Part shown: one piece after another, positions 26,099-37,820 of the stretch
Numbering within the stretch: position 1 is the first letter of the stretch
How the letters are laid out: each line of letters opens with the position of its first letter
Source of the DNA: Minutocellus sp. GHC0000111
Taxonomy: Eukaryota
Length of the DNA stretch: 64,000 nucleotides
Assembly: GCA_977018835.1 (NCBI GenBank)
Contig: OZ361260.1
Span: 124,001-188,000 of the forward strand
Direction: 5' to 3'
The notes under the pieces: generated by a model
The model's input: only the letters and a program-made list of their open reading frames with translations
Told to the model about the DNA's origin: nothing
Database searches by the model: none
Translations under genes and position numbers: made by a program

Positions 26099-27112
26099 CT
26101 ATCGCTTCCTTCTCTGCATTCTTTGACGCTTTTGTCTTGCGATCTTAGCGGAATAGTCGTCACTACTACTATCAATGTCGTCCACCTCGCCATCTGCCTT
26201 CTCAAATCTATAGAATAGGATGTTTTCCAAAGCTCGAATTTGAACATCTCTCCACAATATTTTGTTGGCATTCACCATATCTTTCCTCCCCCTCCTCTTC
26301 TTCAATCCAAGAAGGACATCCTCGGGCTCGTAGTCTTTTCCATCAATTGGTTCCAACAACTGCTTCAACAAAAATTCCGGTCGAGAAAAGGAAAAGAAGC
26401 CGTAGATGCCGCCGGGCACCAGCACTCGATTTACGCTCTTCATTACCTGCATCAAAATGTCGGGCCGGCTCGCGCAAAAGAGAGCGTCCATCATTCCCTT
26501 GTCTACGACGGCATCAATGGTACCGTCCTCAAAGGCTGTAAGCGACGTGGCATCATCTTGAACAAGCTCCATGGAACCATTGGCAACGAACGGTGCGCAT
26601 CTCTTTGACATGGTCGACACAACTCGCTGCGATACATCTGCCTGAATAATCGTTGTGCGCGGTTGACCATTACCGCCTTCTTCTTGCGAATACCAACCAC
26701 CAGGGATTGTTAACATGTCCTCACCAAATTTGGAATTGCCACAACCCAGGAGGAGTACCTTGCTCTTCCGTTCGGCGTTGCCCTCGGGTGGCACGCCAAT
26801 GGTTTCACCAAAAGTTGTTTCCACCATAATCTGGCCATTTACGCCCTCAGCATCTGACTGTGGCAATTTCAATGTCCCAGTCTGATCAAAACCAAACTTT
26901 TGCACTTCATCGGCGTACAACGATGCATCGTATTTGTAGTTCATCACATCCTTCAGAGATGTGGAGCCCCATTCGTAGACGTCATCTGGGCCTAATTTTT
27001 GGTATACACCCTCCCAGTACGCAGGCATGCCATATGGCGGACATGGAAGTTTGAAGCGGTGTGCAACGGCCGCCTTTACCCGGTCGATCATGTACCGTCC
27101 TCGAAGGCTCAT
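26099..27112 (-). CDS. SAM-dependent methyltransferase (EEF1AKMT4/METTL13 N-domain-like)
   Basis: YW..Y..YEW, VLLLGCGNSKFGEDM, DAVVDKGMMDALFC, RVLVPGG. Confidence 0.85.
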   Translation of the reverse strand: MSLRGRYMIDRVKAAVAHRFKLPCPPYGMPAYWEGVYQKLGPDDVYEWGSTSLKDVMNYKYDASLYADEVQKFGFDQTGTLKLPQSDAEGVNGQIMVETTFGETIGVPPEGNAERKSKVLLLGCGNSKFGEDMLTIPGGWYSQEEGGNGQPRTTIIQADVSQRVVSTMSKRCAPFVANGSMELVQDDATSLTAFEDGTIDAVVDKGMMDALFCASRPDILMQVMKSVNRVLVPGGIYGFFSFSRPEFLLKQLLEPIDGKDYEPEDVLLGLKKRRGRKDMVNANKILWRDVQIRALENILFYRFEKADGEVDDIDSSSDDYSAKIARQKRQRMQRRKR

Positions 27113-27303
27113 CGTTGGAAAAATGAGCGAAATGGAGCACAAGGCAGAGCGGAGTGGCGGACAGACAGATCAGATTGATTTCAACGCAACGTCACGATGA
27201 CGTAGCAGAAAACTTATGCCATCGCCATAACGATATGCAACGATGCAATCGCAAACGATGGCACAACCTGATGACCAACGGCGTATCGCTTCCTGCGCTG
27301 CGA

Positions 27304-27958
27304 ATGGGAATCGACTTGATGCCTCCGAAGGACAACGAAGAGCCGCACAAGCCGAGGCTTCTTCATGAGTGAGTCATCGCTTTTTCATTCTTTCGTGTGC
27401 ACTTTGGCGACTTGTGAAGAAGTTGGTCTCAACATGTCACTTTCTCATCTCTTTGCATTGACTTCCAACAGGTCCCTGAACCAAATTCCGCAGGGCCCAC
27501 GCTTCGGTATTTCCGGTGCTCTCTGCAATGTAATTTTCATCGCTGGCTTCAATGCCTGCGTGGAGGCGTTTGAGTCAGATGACATGCCGGCGAGCCGCAT
27601 CTACAGTCTCTTCTACTGTGCCTACATTCCGGTGGGCCATGCCATTAATTCTCTTCTTGTCTTTGGTTGGCCGGAAAAATATCTGCCGTCTCTAATGAGC
27701 AATGCCCCCATTGGCCTTACGGCGATGATGTTGGGTACCATTTTGACGGGATATTTTGATAGAATTGGTTTTGAACACATTGCTGATCAATTTTTGATCA
27801 ACGTTGGTGTGGTTTCCGAGCCAGAACCCGATGAGGAGAGGAGCGAGTTCTATTCCTCGATTGTGGTAATGATCATTACTTGTGTATGGAGCTACCTATT
27901 GTCGGTGTGGGTGAATGCTGCCCCGGCCGAAAAGAAGCTGGAAGGGAAGGAACTTTAA
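27304..27958 (+). CDS. Multi-pass membrane protein (GtrA-like); intron 27369..27471
   Basis: GA|GTGAGT..CAG|G splice gives LHESLNQIPQGPRFGISGALCNVIF; about four hydrophobic helices. Confidence 0.65.
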
Positions 27959-28102
27959 GCTTGATTTTTGTGAGTGAGAGATGATGAATACATGTCTGAA
28001 GGGTACACAAGAGAGTATAGTATCTAGATGTTCCTTAGCGGATGATGTCAGTGCCGAAGAGAAGAGTCACGATGCAGATCTGATGAACGTACTTATAATC
28101 GC

Positions 28103-30874
28103 TTATATCGACCTATATACCACGAGTATTTCTTCTCCTTTCTGTATGTCTCTCAAGGCCTTGATTCGAAGAATCTTTCTCGCTGGGCACTCTTCCTCTT
28201 GATACATGGAGCAATACCACTTAACGTTTGCCTCCTGACCTTGCAGCGGCTGATTGATCATCTCCATGTGAGAATTAGCAAGTCGAAAGTACCCTGTTGA
28301 TCTTTCATCGGAGCCCAATGCTATGTATCTCCATTGATCCAGAGATGGTGGTGGAGAACCTTCTTCATACGTGACATTTCGATCCTCAAATAATTCGCCT
28401 GCCTTTATTACCCGGCGAGCAATAACTCCGCAACCAGTAGGATCACTCTGGTTTTCGTCGTCCACGACCTGAAACGCCAAAAGCAAACTGCGGCGCATGG
28501 CAATGTCTCCTGATTCCCGTTTGGGCCGCCTTCTCTTTTCCTCCGTTTCAGCGTCGCTTCCTCCAGTTGTCGATCTGCTTGCAGCAGTCGCAGTTGATGA
28601 TCGCCCGCTCGATGGCCGACGTGTCTTGGGAGAAGATCGACTTGAGGGTTTTGATTTCACAGTGCGTCTCAGCTCTAGCAATTCACTCTGATATACAAGT
28701 TCAGCCTCCTTCATGGCAGTCACCTCATATTTCAGCCCTTTATTCTCTTCCTCTAGCTGTTTTAGTCTCGCCTGTAATTCGCAAAAAGTTACGGGTTCGT
28801 CGTCGCGACCTTGAGATTGTCGGTTCTCTCTCAAACTCCAGCAACTTCGACAATACCATTCATGCCTTGGAACCTTGTCCAAATGGTCATGCGTGCACGG
28901 AAGGTGACAGGCAGCATTGCATCCATCGCAGAGGAGCATTTTAATGCAAGAATTGGGATCTTCCAGCTGTTTGCACTCACAGCAGATGTCCAGACGATTA
29001 TCAGCTAATGAAGGTGCAGCTGCCGTAGGGCTTGACACCTCCGAATTCTCTCCCTTCACAAACAATACGAGATCCTTCTCCCACTCAGTAAAAACATCAG
29101 TGCTAATTACAATAGGCTGCCGAGAACGTTTGTAGTTCTGAGACACTTGGGTGTTTTCCTCGCGTTGGGAGGAACGAGAGATAGATGCAAGCTTCCTTTA
29201 GTCCGTGGAATTTTCGCGGCGGCATTGCCATCGTCGTCGTCATCGTCGTTGTCACCATCATTGTCATCATCAATCTCGATGTGGCATGATTTACTACCCA
29301 AGGCGCTATGTGTTTGCGGGGCAGACTTTTTCAATAAGTCGTTGCGCTTCGCTGCAGCGATTGCCCCAGTTGTATATCTATTCGTTGTTGTCCTTTTGCG
29401 CTCCCCTCGGCCAAATTCTTCCCGACACCATTCACACGGAAGCCACTGTTTGTAGCATGACATGACCCAGTAGATTCTAATGTACCACTTGGCATACTCT
29501 TGGTACTCGCATTCTCCTCTTTCGTGCTTCTCCAAGGCGAAAAGCTCTCCTGCCGGGGCTGGGTAAGAAACAACCGTTGCATTCGTCATTGATTTTTCTG
29601 GGTCGTCGTGATAACCACCTCGCGCTTGGATACATTTCAGTGGTCGCAGCCACGCAAATTCTTCGGGCTCATCAAGATGTTGTTCTTGTCCAAGCGGGGG
29701 TAAATCCTCTTCCTTTTTAGTTGCCACCATGGCTGCAGGCTTTGGCTTTTCTGTCAGTGAATGATCACCATCTGTTTGAGTCTTTTCCGATCCATCAGGC
29801 ACATCACCTGAAAATTCTCGGTCCGAAGCCCTCGCGGCAACTCTAGGACTGCCATTATTATCATTACTGTGGGACGACGTACTATTATCACCACCAAAAT
29901 CAATGGGACCAAGGATCGGTGATATGGCACGAGACGAAACGGCACTGCTGATGGCAGAAGGAACGTCTAGTAGCGGGTCGCCATCGGCATTTGATTGGCC
30001 GAGATCCGTCTCTTCAAAAGCATTCCGACCAACTTTTTCGTCAGGAGCCTCACCTGATGACAAGGACAGGATATCATCCATAGGAGATCCGTCGATACTA
30101 TTGTCTGTTGTCGATTTCTCATCGCAACCATATGCATTCTCATTTGTACTTTCGCTGATGTTCTTGATTTTGCCTATGTCGGAGGGATTGGTTCTGGCAA
30201 TTCCGTCGGAACTTGCCGATGCTGCGTCACTGCCATCCTGGCTGCGGCTGCCACCAGTGGACTCACAGGATGCTTTTTCACTGTTATCAGTCTTTGCCTT
30301 CTCAAGTTTTGATTCCGTATCAGCGACTTTCGCCTTTAAACCTAGGCCAGATGCATCACTTGCAGAATCGCTCGATGAAAAAGTACTGCTGCATGAAGTA
30401 CTGGCTACTTCCTCCTTTTGAGCGCTTTCCTTGTTATTAGAGTCTGAATCTTCGCTGGAATCACTCACAGCGGGCCCTGTTGTCGTATTGCTTGACCGGG
30501 TGCCCATTGTCGGAGTAGCCACCAATGATGCGGCAGCCATAGGCATGGGCGGCGCTGGCAGGCGGTATCGGTAGGGCACCTGAGAAATATGAGGGATGAA
30601 GTTGAGGCGGCGGCGGTGGAGGTAGATACCCATATGGCGACATTGGTGTCGCTCCCATTGCATATGCTGTGCTCGCTGGTGGTTGAGGAGCAACGATGGG
30701 AAACCCATATGGAGCCATCACGGCAGCAGTGGAAGCAGCAGATCTCTCAGCAGGGACGGCTACGGCTGTGATGGCGCTCCCGCCACCGATGACGGCAACA
30801 CCGGCAACAGCGGCAGTGGCACTGGAAATTTGTGGCTCTCCTGGATGATTTGCACACCCCGATTTCTGTTCCAT
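28103..30874 (-). CDS. PHD-finger and SET-domain protein with long disordered N-terminus; frameshifts near 30560 and 29155
   Basis: PHD CCEC..MLLCDGCNAACHLPC..VPRHEWYCRSC; SET-like GCGVIARRVIKAGE..IN..ANV..IKALRDIQKGEEILVVY. Three overlapping same-strand ORFs (30461..30874, 29107..30708, 28103..29146). The joining is inferred. Confidence 0.7.
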
Positions 30875-31524
30875 GTTTTGTCGGAAGTCAATTCAATTTG
30901 CGCAAGCCTGCTTCACGTATGTGATTTGGCATACTCCTAGTGCCGCTGTAGGTTATTATTGTACACTCGTCGTAGGGATCCTAAATCAAGGTTTTGGCGG
31001 GAAGCGGGAGAGCGGGAGGCTTCTGAGGCAAGCTACGTAGTAGGCGAGTTGGCCAGGCAATTGTGAAGAGCGAGATGTGCAACAACAAATCTAACAACAC
31101 CAATCCAGTGTTCAATGTTTAGGCTTGTACCTTCGGCAATTATCAGCGAGGGCCACCATTGATATCAATAGAGCAAGCACTGTTGGCACGTCTGCCGCTC
31201 ATTCCATCATCATGCATGACCGCGCCGCGCAAGCATAGCAAGCAGGCAAGGCGCAAGGTCTGCCGGCCGACGGTCGACCATCAAAATGACGACACAGAAT
31301 CCTCACGAACAATTCAAAATCGCATACGCACGACGCGCAGAACCACCCGCCACTCATTTTCCGCTCGCTCAAGACGCGGTACCGGAAGCACCGAAAGCGA
31401 GGCCAGCAACCAGGGCAAGGAGGCGGAAGAGCACACCCCTTGCGCGCTTCATCTGGATTGAACGTTTGAAGTACCGATAGTTCACGGCCCCGTACTTTGC
31501 GCTGGTCCAAAAACACATTCAAAA

Positions 31525-32932
31525 ATGGCACAAACACCTGGGACTGCCACCTCCGGCAATGAGACGCCCTCGTGCCCATCATCACGGAGATTACGACCCA
31601 GGACGACTACGACTCCTCGGCAGACGGTTGCAGTGCCGCCATGCTGGACAGTTTATCACGGCCTTGGCAAGCTGGAACTATCACTCGGAAATACCGACGT
31701 AGCACGAGATACTCTTCAACGAGGATTAGAAGAAGTTGAAAAGCATGAGGCAATGATGGAGAACAACCAGCTCAAGCGGGCTGTGTTTCTGGCGCATACT
31801 CTCGGTATGTTGGAGCTGAATAGCAACCGGGTCGAAGAGGCCAAGGTGGTCTTTGAAAAGGGCTTGTCTCGTCATCCTAACTCCTCTCAGCTACTTCTCG
31901 GTGCTGCCATGTGCGAGGTCAAGCTCGGGCAGGAGGATGATGCGAGAAAGCACTTCGAACGTGCCGTCGATATCGATTGCAAGCACGCCCAGGCATGGCA
32001 AGCGTGGGCAGTAATGGAAATGCGCGCTGGCAACTACAACGTTGCAAAGACGCTGCTGGAATGTGGTATCAAGGAGGTGCCGACCCATGGAGCGTTATGG
32101 CAGGCCTATGCGACGATGGAAAGTCGACGATCGAATTTCGATGTGGCTCGGGCCCTCTTTGCTGCAGGAATAAAGAAGTGTCCAAATCAGATCTCTCTGT
32201 ACCAAGGCTGGGCCTGCCTCGAACTTAGAGGGAAGAACTTCAACAGGGCCAAGATTCTCATTACCGAGGCCCTACAAGAAGCAAGGGCTTGGTTGGCTAG
32301 TATCTGCCAGGATCGAAGAGAAGCAGGGCAACGATGGTCTTGCCGCCATGGTTTTACGTCGTGGCCTAGAATGTGCACCAAACGATGCATCTCTCTACTG
32401 CGCTCTTGGGAAGATTGAGCTCCGCCGCGGACAAAGCGAGGAGGCAAGAAAGGTCTTCGAGGATGGCCTCAATGTCAATCCTCTCCACGCGCCACTCTAC
32501 CACTCGCTCGCGGAGCTCGAGGCCATGGTATTCAACCTTGATGCTCTGGCAAAGCTCAACAAACGAGCGGCGGAGCTGTTCAATACTGACACCTTCGCTT
32601 CATCGTCGCCGGCATCGTCGCCGGCATCGGCCCAGGCATGGAGCACTAAGATCAGACGGGCAGGAGTCAACAAGAAGCTGCCCGAAGAAGTTGCCGCACT
32701 GGCTGCCAAGGTGGGTCTCGAAGAAGAAGATGTTGCCGATTTAGAAGCATCGCTCGCAGAGGTAAATCCAGCCTCAATGATTGCTGACATTGCCTCTCAC
32801 AAGCCAGGCCACCAGTCGGACAAAACGCAGTCCACAACAGCACAAGCACCGGTAGTATCGTCGTCGCCGTCGTCGTCAATGAAAAGCAGCAAACCAAAAA
32901 CAGTCGTGTTGGAAATAACAGACGAGCAGTAG
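31525..32932 (+). CDS. HAT/TPR-repeat RNA-binding protein (Mbb1/HCF107-like); frameshift near 32275; 5' end uncertain
   Basis: Repeats QAWQAWAVMEMRAGN, ALWQAYATMESR, LYQGWACLELR, LYCALGKIELR. The alternate frame KQGLGWLVSARIEEKQGN continues the repeats into ORF 32348..32932. Confidence 0.8.
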
Positions 32933-33084
32933 ATCTTTGATAACAATCGAACCTCGATCTGCAGAAGCGAGCTAGATCTAGAGATCTATCTGACATTCCA
33001 AAGCTTTCACTCAGCCGAGAGTAGTACCGGTAAAAATAATTGTGAACATAAGCCATTTTGCTACTAGATCTACTTCATGTGCTT

Positions 33085-33535
33085 TCAGAACATACATGTA
33101 GTAGATCCACCGGTATGTTCATCCATCAGCTGGAGGCCGATGCCCTCCGACAATGTCCGGGTTCCTTGGTGGTCGCCGGCGGCGGGGGCGCGGGCATAAA
33201 TCGCCGTTCGTACACGTAGTTGGACACAAGAGCACATAACAAAAATAGTGATGCGCTTGTCAATATCGAAAGCAGTAGCAACAACGGCATCGCCGCACGA
33301 GGAGATGCTACACTTGCTGCCATCCATTGCCTCGCCACTCGTCCTCAAGGCGACAGCTTTTTGCTTGCACAGTTGTTTGTGCTGAGGGTAGGTAGTGCGC
33401 ACACGCTGCTGACAATCTCGATTTTGTGACACCTCGCGCATCTTGACACCGAGAACACCGAACAAGCTTCGATTTATCCGGATCGTCTGGCAGGACCGGA
33501 TCCGAACAACCATTGCAGATTCTCTTGGCGTCCAT
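33085..33535 (-). pseudogene. Degraded MYND zinc-finger gene
   Basis: MDAKRICNGC..LVRCSRCQDAR in one frame continues as NRDCQ..YPQHKQLCK in another; the downstream sequence is degenerate. Confidence 0.55.
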
Positions 33536-33785
33536 CCTTTCTCTACGATAGATAATTATTCGTATCTTTCTCCTGATTGATGCATTGATGCATGATCCGA
33601 TGCGATCCTGACATGTGATGTTCGGGAGCGCAGAAGTTTGACTAAGGTACGCGGGCAAACTGCTCCTCGTCGCGCGCGCGGGCGCAGAGGCTCTGCTCTA
33701 GTCTGGGCCCCGCGCGGCCGGCGTCGGCGTCGGCGGGGGGCGGTCCTTATGGGTAATCACCAGCAAGGCAATAATAACACGAAGG

Positions 33786-34404
33786 ATGTCCAACTATCAG
33801 GTACGCATATTATGCAGTTAGGTGGGATAGTGATGTGTGTCTATTTGTCGAAGTTGGATTATTTGTAATTTGAGATGTGCTTGCTTTGTTCTGTTAGGTT
33901 ATGTTGGGTAAGACATGCGTGGACACGGGGCAAAGCATGAACTCCATTCGTTTGGCTGTGGTGAGGCAATGCATTGGTTCCTCAACTATACCGTGTCTTC
34001 AGTGGATTATATCGTCATTTGCCACGTGCCAAGGTGTGTTCTACATGTATCGGATCTCACATCATTCTACGTGTCTCCTCCATCTACCCAACCACGTCCG
34101 TCCACGCACGCAACCCACACACGCTTATTATTTTATGCAGTCGGCCGATGCCAAGAAGGAGGAGTTCCGCAAATACCTCGAAAAGAGCGGAGTCATCGAC
34201 GCGCTGACCAAGGCACTGGTCGGTCTGTACGAGGAGCCGGAGAGACCACAATCGGCTGTGGAGTACGTGCGAAAGTACCTGGGGAGCTCGTCAACAACCA
34301 ACGTCGATGTCGATGCCCTGCGGAATGAAAACGAAGAGATGAGGAATCGGATAAGGGAACTGAGTAGAACGATCGATGATTTGAAGAAGACTAATTCCAG
34401 GTGA
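33786..34404 (+). CDS. MYCBP: c-Myc-binding protein homolog (MYCBP/AMY-1/FAP174); intron 33801..34140
   Basis: A 15-nt exon MSNYQ|GTACGC..TGCAG| joins SADAKKEEFRKYLEKSGVIDALTKALVGLYEEPERP, matching the MYCBP signature. Confidence 0.9.
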
Positions 34405-34710
34405 TGATAGGGGACTTTTTGGTTGTTGCTATGCAATACGTTGTCATGGAATTGGGCTGCTGGTACCGACTCAGATTCAAGTTGAGTTGCTTGCTGGGCG
34501 CACGCTTGTCGGTACTATGTACACGCATGTAGATAGCTACATAGCTAGAAGGGGCACCGCACAACATATCTATAGTTTCGATTCGATTCAGCTAATAAAC
34601 TTATTGCCCGTATTGTTAGTTGCCCCTGGACCCGATTGATAAATGAAGAAATGAATGATATCAAATGGGTCGATGAAAATACTCGTTCGCTGCTAAGCTG
34701 CGAGGCCAAC

Positions 34711-36553
34711 CTAAATCTCAACGATGCTACCATCAAACATGTCGATGCGGATGGGACTAACGTCCAGGATTGCCCGGAGATGGAGCTCCGTGCCAGGTGG
34801 CACGAGGGAGGAAAGAATCGTATCCTTCTCGAGGAGGAGACCTTTGTGTGTGAATTTCCAATGTCTCCGGAAGATGCTCAGTCAAATGCATACACTGCAA
34901 GTAGTAATCTCTCAAGGAAGTGGCGGTAGTAGTCGGGGCGACGAGAATCTCCTTTGTTTCGTCCCCGGACAAGCTGGTCACGACCACCTTCGTCTTGCTA
35001 CTAGCCGCGATGGTTCCGGAGGAGGTGTTATCCAACGAATCAGCCTTGCTCGAAATCTTCTTCGTCCTGCTCGAGCTCGCCTTCCTCGAAGGGGTCTTCA
35101 TCTCGCTCGAGCTGGAGGGAGTCTCCTGGTTGACAACCGAGGAGGCCTTGGGCGTTGTCTTGGTCTTGCGAGTCGGCTTGGAGGTCTTGGACTTCCTCCT
35201 TTTCTTCACTGGCTCGAAAGAGTTCTCCTCATCGCTACCCTCCTTACTCTTGATGGACTCCTCGTCGTTATAGGTACCGTCGTCGTCGCCATCTTCTTCC
35301 TCCCCCTCTGCGATCTCGCCGATGCCGTCATCGCTGATCTCCTTTTTGATCTGATCCTTGAAAGATACGGCATTCTCGCGAACGGTGGACAGAGGAGTAT
35401 TGTTGGTCCTGTTGGACGACCTGAGGACTGAAGGTGGGCGGCGGGAGGCAGACGAAGGAGTTGTACCGGCACCGCCGTGCTTGCTAGTGATGCTGCTGGG
35501 AGTACCACGCTTGCTGGCGCCACTAGCGGGAGTCGTACCGGCATTGGCACCATAGCCAAACCCAATGCCGACTCTCCCAACCCGGGAGGCGATGGTGTGG
35601 GCTGCTGCCGCAGAAAAGGTAGTGGAGGCGTCCGTGTAATAGGTCCAGATGCCGCGATCGATGCCACCGTTGCCAAACATGGCCATAAGGGCCGTCTCAG
35701 TGGACTGGATGCGACGGGCCTTGGTGCCATCGTCAGAGGCATCGTATTGATTGAAATGCAGGTAGGTACCGCGGCCACAGATGGATTGAATATCCTCCAT
35801 GTGGCGGATGGAGTCCAGATAGTGCGACTGCCACACTTGATGGACGAGGGAAGGGGCGACCATATTCTGATCGTTGGCGTCACCCATCCGGATCTTGAAG
35901 CGACAGAAACGGGTGTATTCGGCTAGGACTCGACGGGCCAACGGCTCGTCCCACTTGTGCGCGGTCACGCACCGCTGGACGAGGAGTGTGGCCGCCGGGG
36001 ACTGCAGCCACGCCTCGGCGTCGCCGTGGTGACCATGGTGACCATGGTAGCCATTGCCAAAGCCGTTGGCGTTGTTGGCGAGAACATTCCCACCGGCATG
36101 GACGGGGGCATCGAAATTCGAAAAGGAGTAGTTGGAGGCGCCGTTATTGGGGAGGACTGCAGCGGTGGCGTTGGCGGAAGCAGCAGCAGCAGTGGGAGTC
36201 GTGGAGGTTGGATATCCATTGTGGCGATTGGGGGTGCCGGCGCTGGGAGTAGGGGGCTGATAATAGCTGGCAGCGGTGGCGGCGGCGGCAGTGGGAGTCG
36301 TCGGGTCAGCTACAGCACTGGTGGAATAACCGCTGTGGCTACTGGGGGTGCCGACGTTTGGGGGGTGGGAATAGTGGTGTTGGTTGTACTGACTCTGTCT
36401 GGCGTGGTCGTACAGCTGGGGTTGAGGGGGAGGGGGAGGATGCTGACGGTGGACAAACTGCTGGGGATGATGAGTCTGATGAGGGGACATGGCAGCGGCG
36501 AAATCCCCAAAGGCCGCCTGTCCATTTTCCATAGAGGGGAGACGGCGCATCAT
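34711..36553 (-). CDS. DUF1399/GRDP-like domain protein with C-terminal ubiquitin-like domain; frameshift near 34858
   Basis: ARRVLAEYTRFCRFK..APSLVHQVWQSHYLD resembles DUF1399. Removing one base gives KTKVVVTSLSG..ETLKFTHKGLLLEKDTILSSLVPPGTELHLR, a Ubl pattern. Confidence 0.65.
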
Positions 36554-37820
36554 GGTGATTGTAGATCGTCTAATTTGATTGAGTCGATTGTTATATTTGA
36601 GTTTTGAGTCAGTCGTTGTGCTTTTGTGAAGAGGTCCAGGACGAGATCGTTGGTGCAGGACTGAGTTCCGTTGCTGTTTTTCTCATTTTCTCGTTTTCAC
36701 CCTCTGAACCTCTTATTATGAACGCAATGACGTGCCGACGGATCAAATCACTTCACTTGTTGCATGCAGTTCTACAGTTACAACCAGCACCACACTGATA
36801 ATCGCCAATACTTCAGGTCACTGAATTACGATCGATCAGGTAGGCAGGCAGACCTACCGAGTCAAAAAATTCGGCAAGGGCACATGGCTACGCGAGGCCA
36901 TTGATTGCAAAGTCACATCCACGCACACCTTCATCTTCATTTTTACGCCTCCGGTGACAGCCAGTTCTCTGCTGCGCATGGCACCTACCAACTCTGCCGA
37001 TGCCATGCATGGATATATGTGCCGCAGTATGTACTTGCCTCTCGCTCGGACATGTCGTCTTCTGGGCGATCTACCAACCGCCCACACTTTGATCTGATGC
37101 CATGGTCAATCTTTTCTGTCCCAAAGCCGACTAGCTAGGCCTGTCGTACTTGAAATCGAGGGGGGGGGAGAGGCCCACCGCCCACAGACCGCTGCTGCTA
37201 TGCTGGGTGCCGCCATGGCGCGGTTTGACAAATGAGCGCGCGAGCAGAATGAGACTTGTTGCGAACATAACAGTGCACCCGCCAGAGTATGGGTGCGCTT
37301 TCCGTTAGTAGGGAAAGCGATCTCTCGAGCTCAAAAATGACGGGTTCATTATTTTGCTGCATTCCGGAGCAAGGTACGTGATGAAGATTGTTGACGCAGC
37401 CATTGATGCAAAACAGTTTTTGGAGTCTGGTTGGTTGACATGTCTCTAGTCAGTCTCGGCTTGGCAGAGCTGATCGTCGGATAAGCAGCAGCATACCTTG
37501 AAACCTTGTGCTGGAATTTGCAAAACGATCCGACGACCTTTGCCACAACTCCGAGAATGCTGCATGCAAGGTACTCGTAGAGTCGAGTGTACCTCGTGAT
37601 ATGCGAAGAGACTGCTAAAGAAACGCCAACGCGGTTGCTATGTATTCTACTTTGTTCGGTATTGGTTCTGCTATTGGTTTTGCCATCTAACCCACAAGTG
37701 AATATTCCATAATTGTCGTAATCTTTTGTCCAATCAGTCCAACCGTTGCACTTGAGGCCCGAACCGAACTCGACGGGAAGCTCAGCACATACAGTCTAAG
37801 CCACAACTCCAGATAGATAA

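Noticed and set aside
33650..33750. Very GC-rich patch upstream of MYCBP
   Set aside because: Consistent with a promoter-proximal low-complexity tract; no defined structure or repeat unit.
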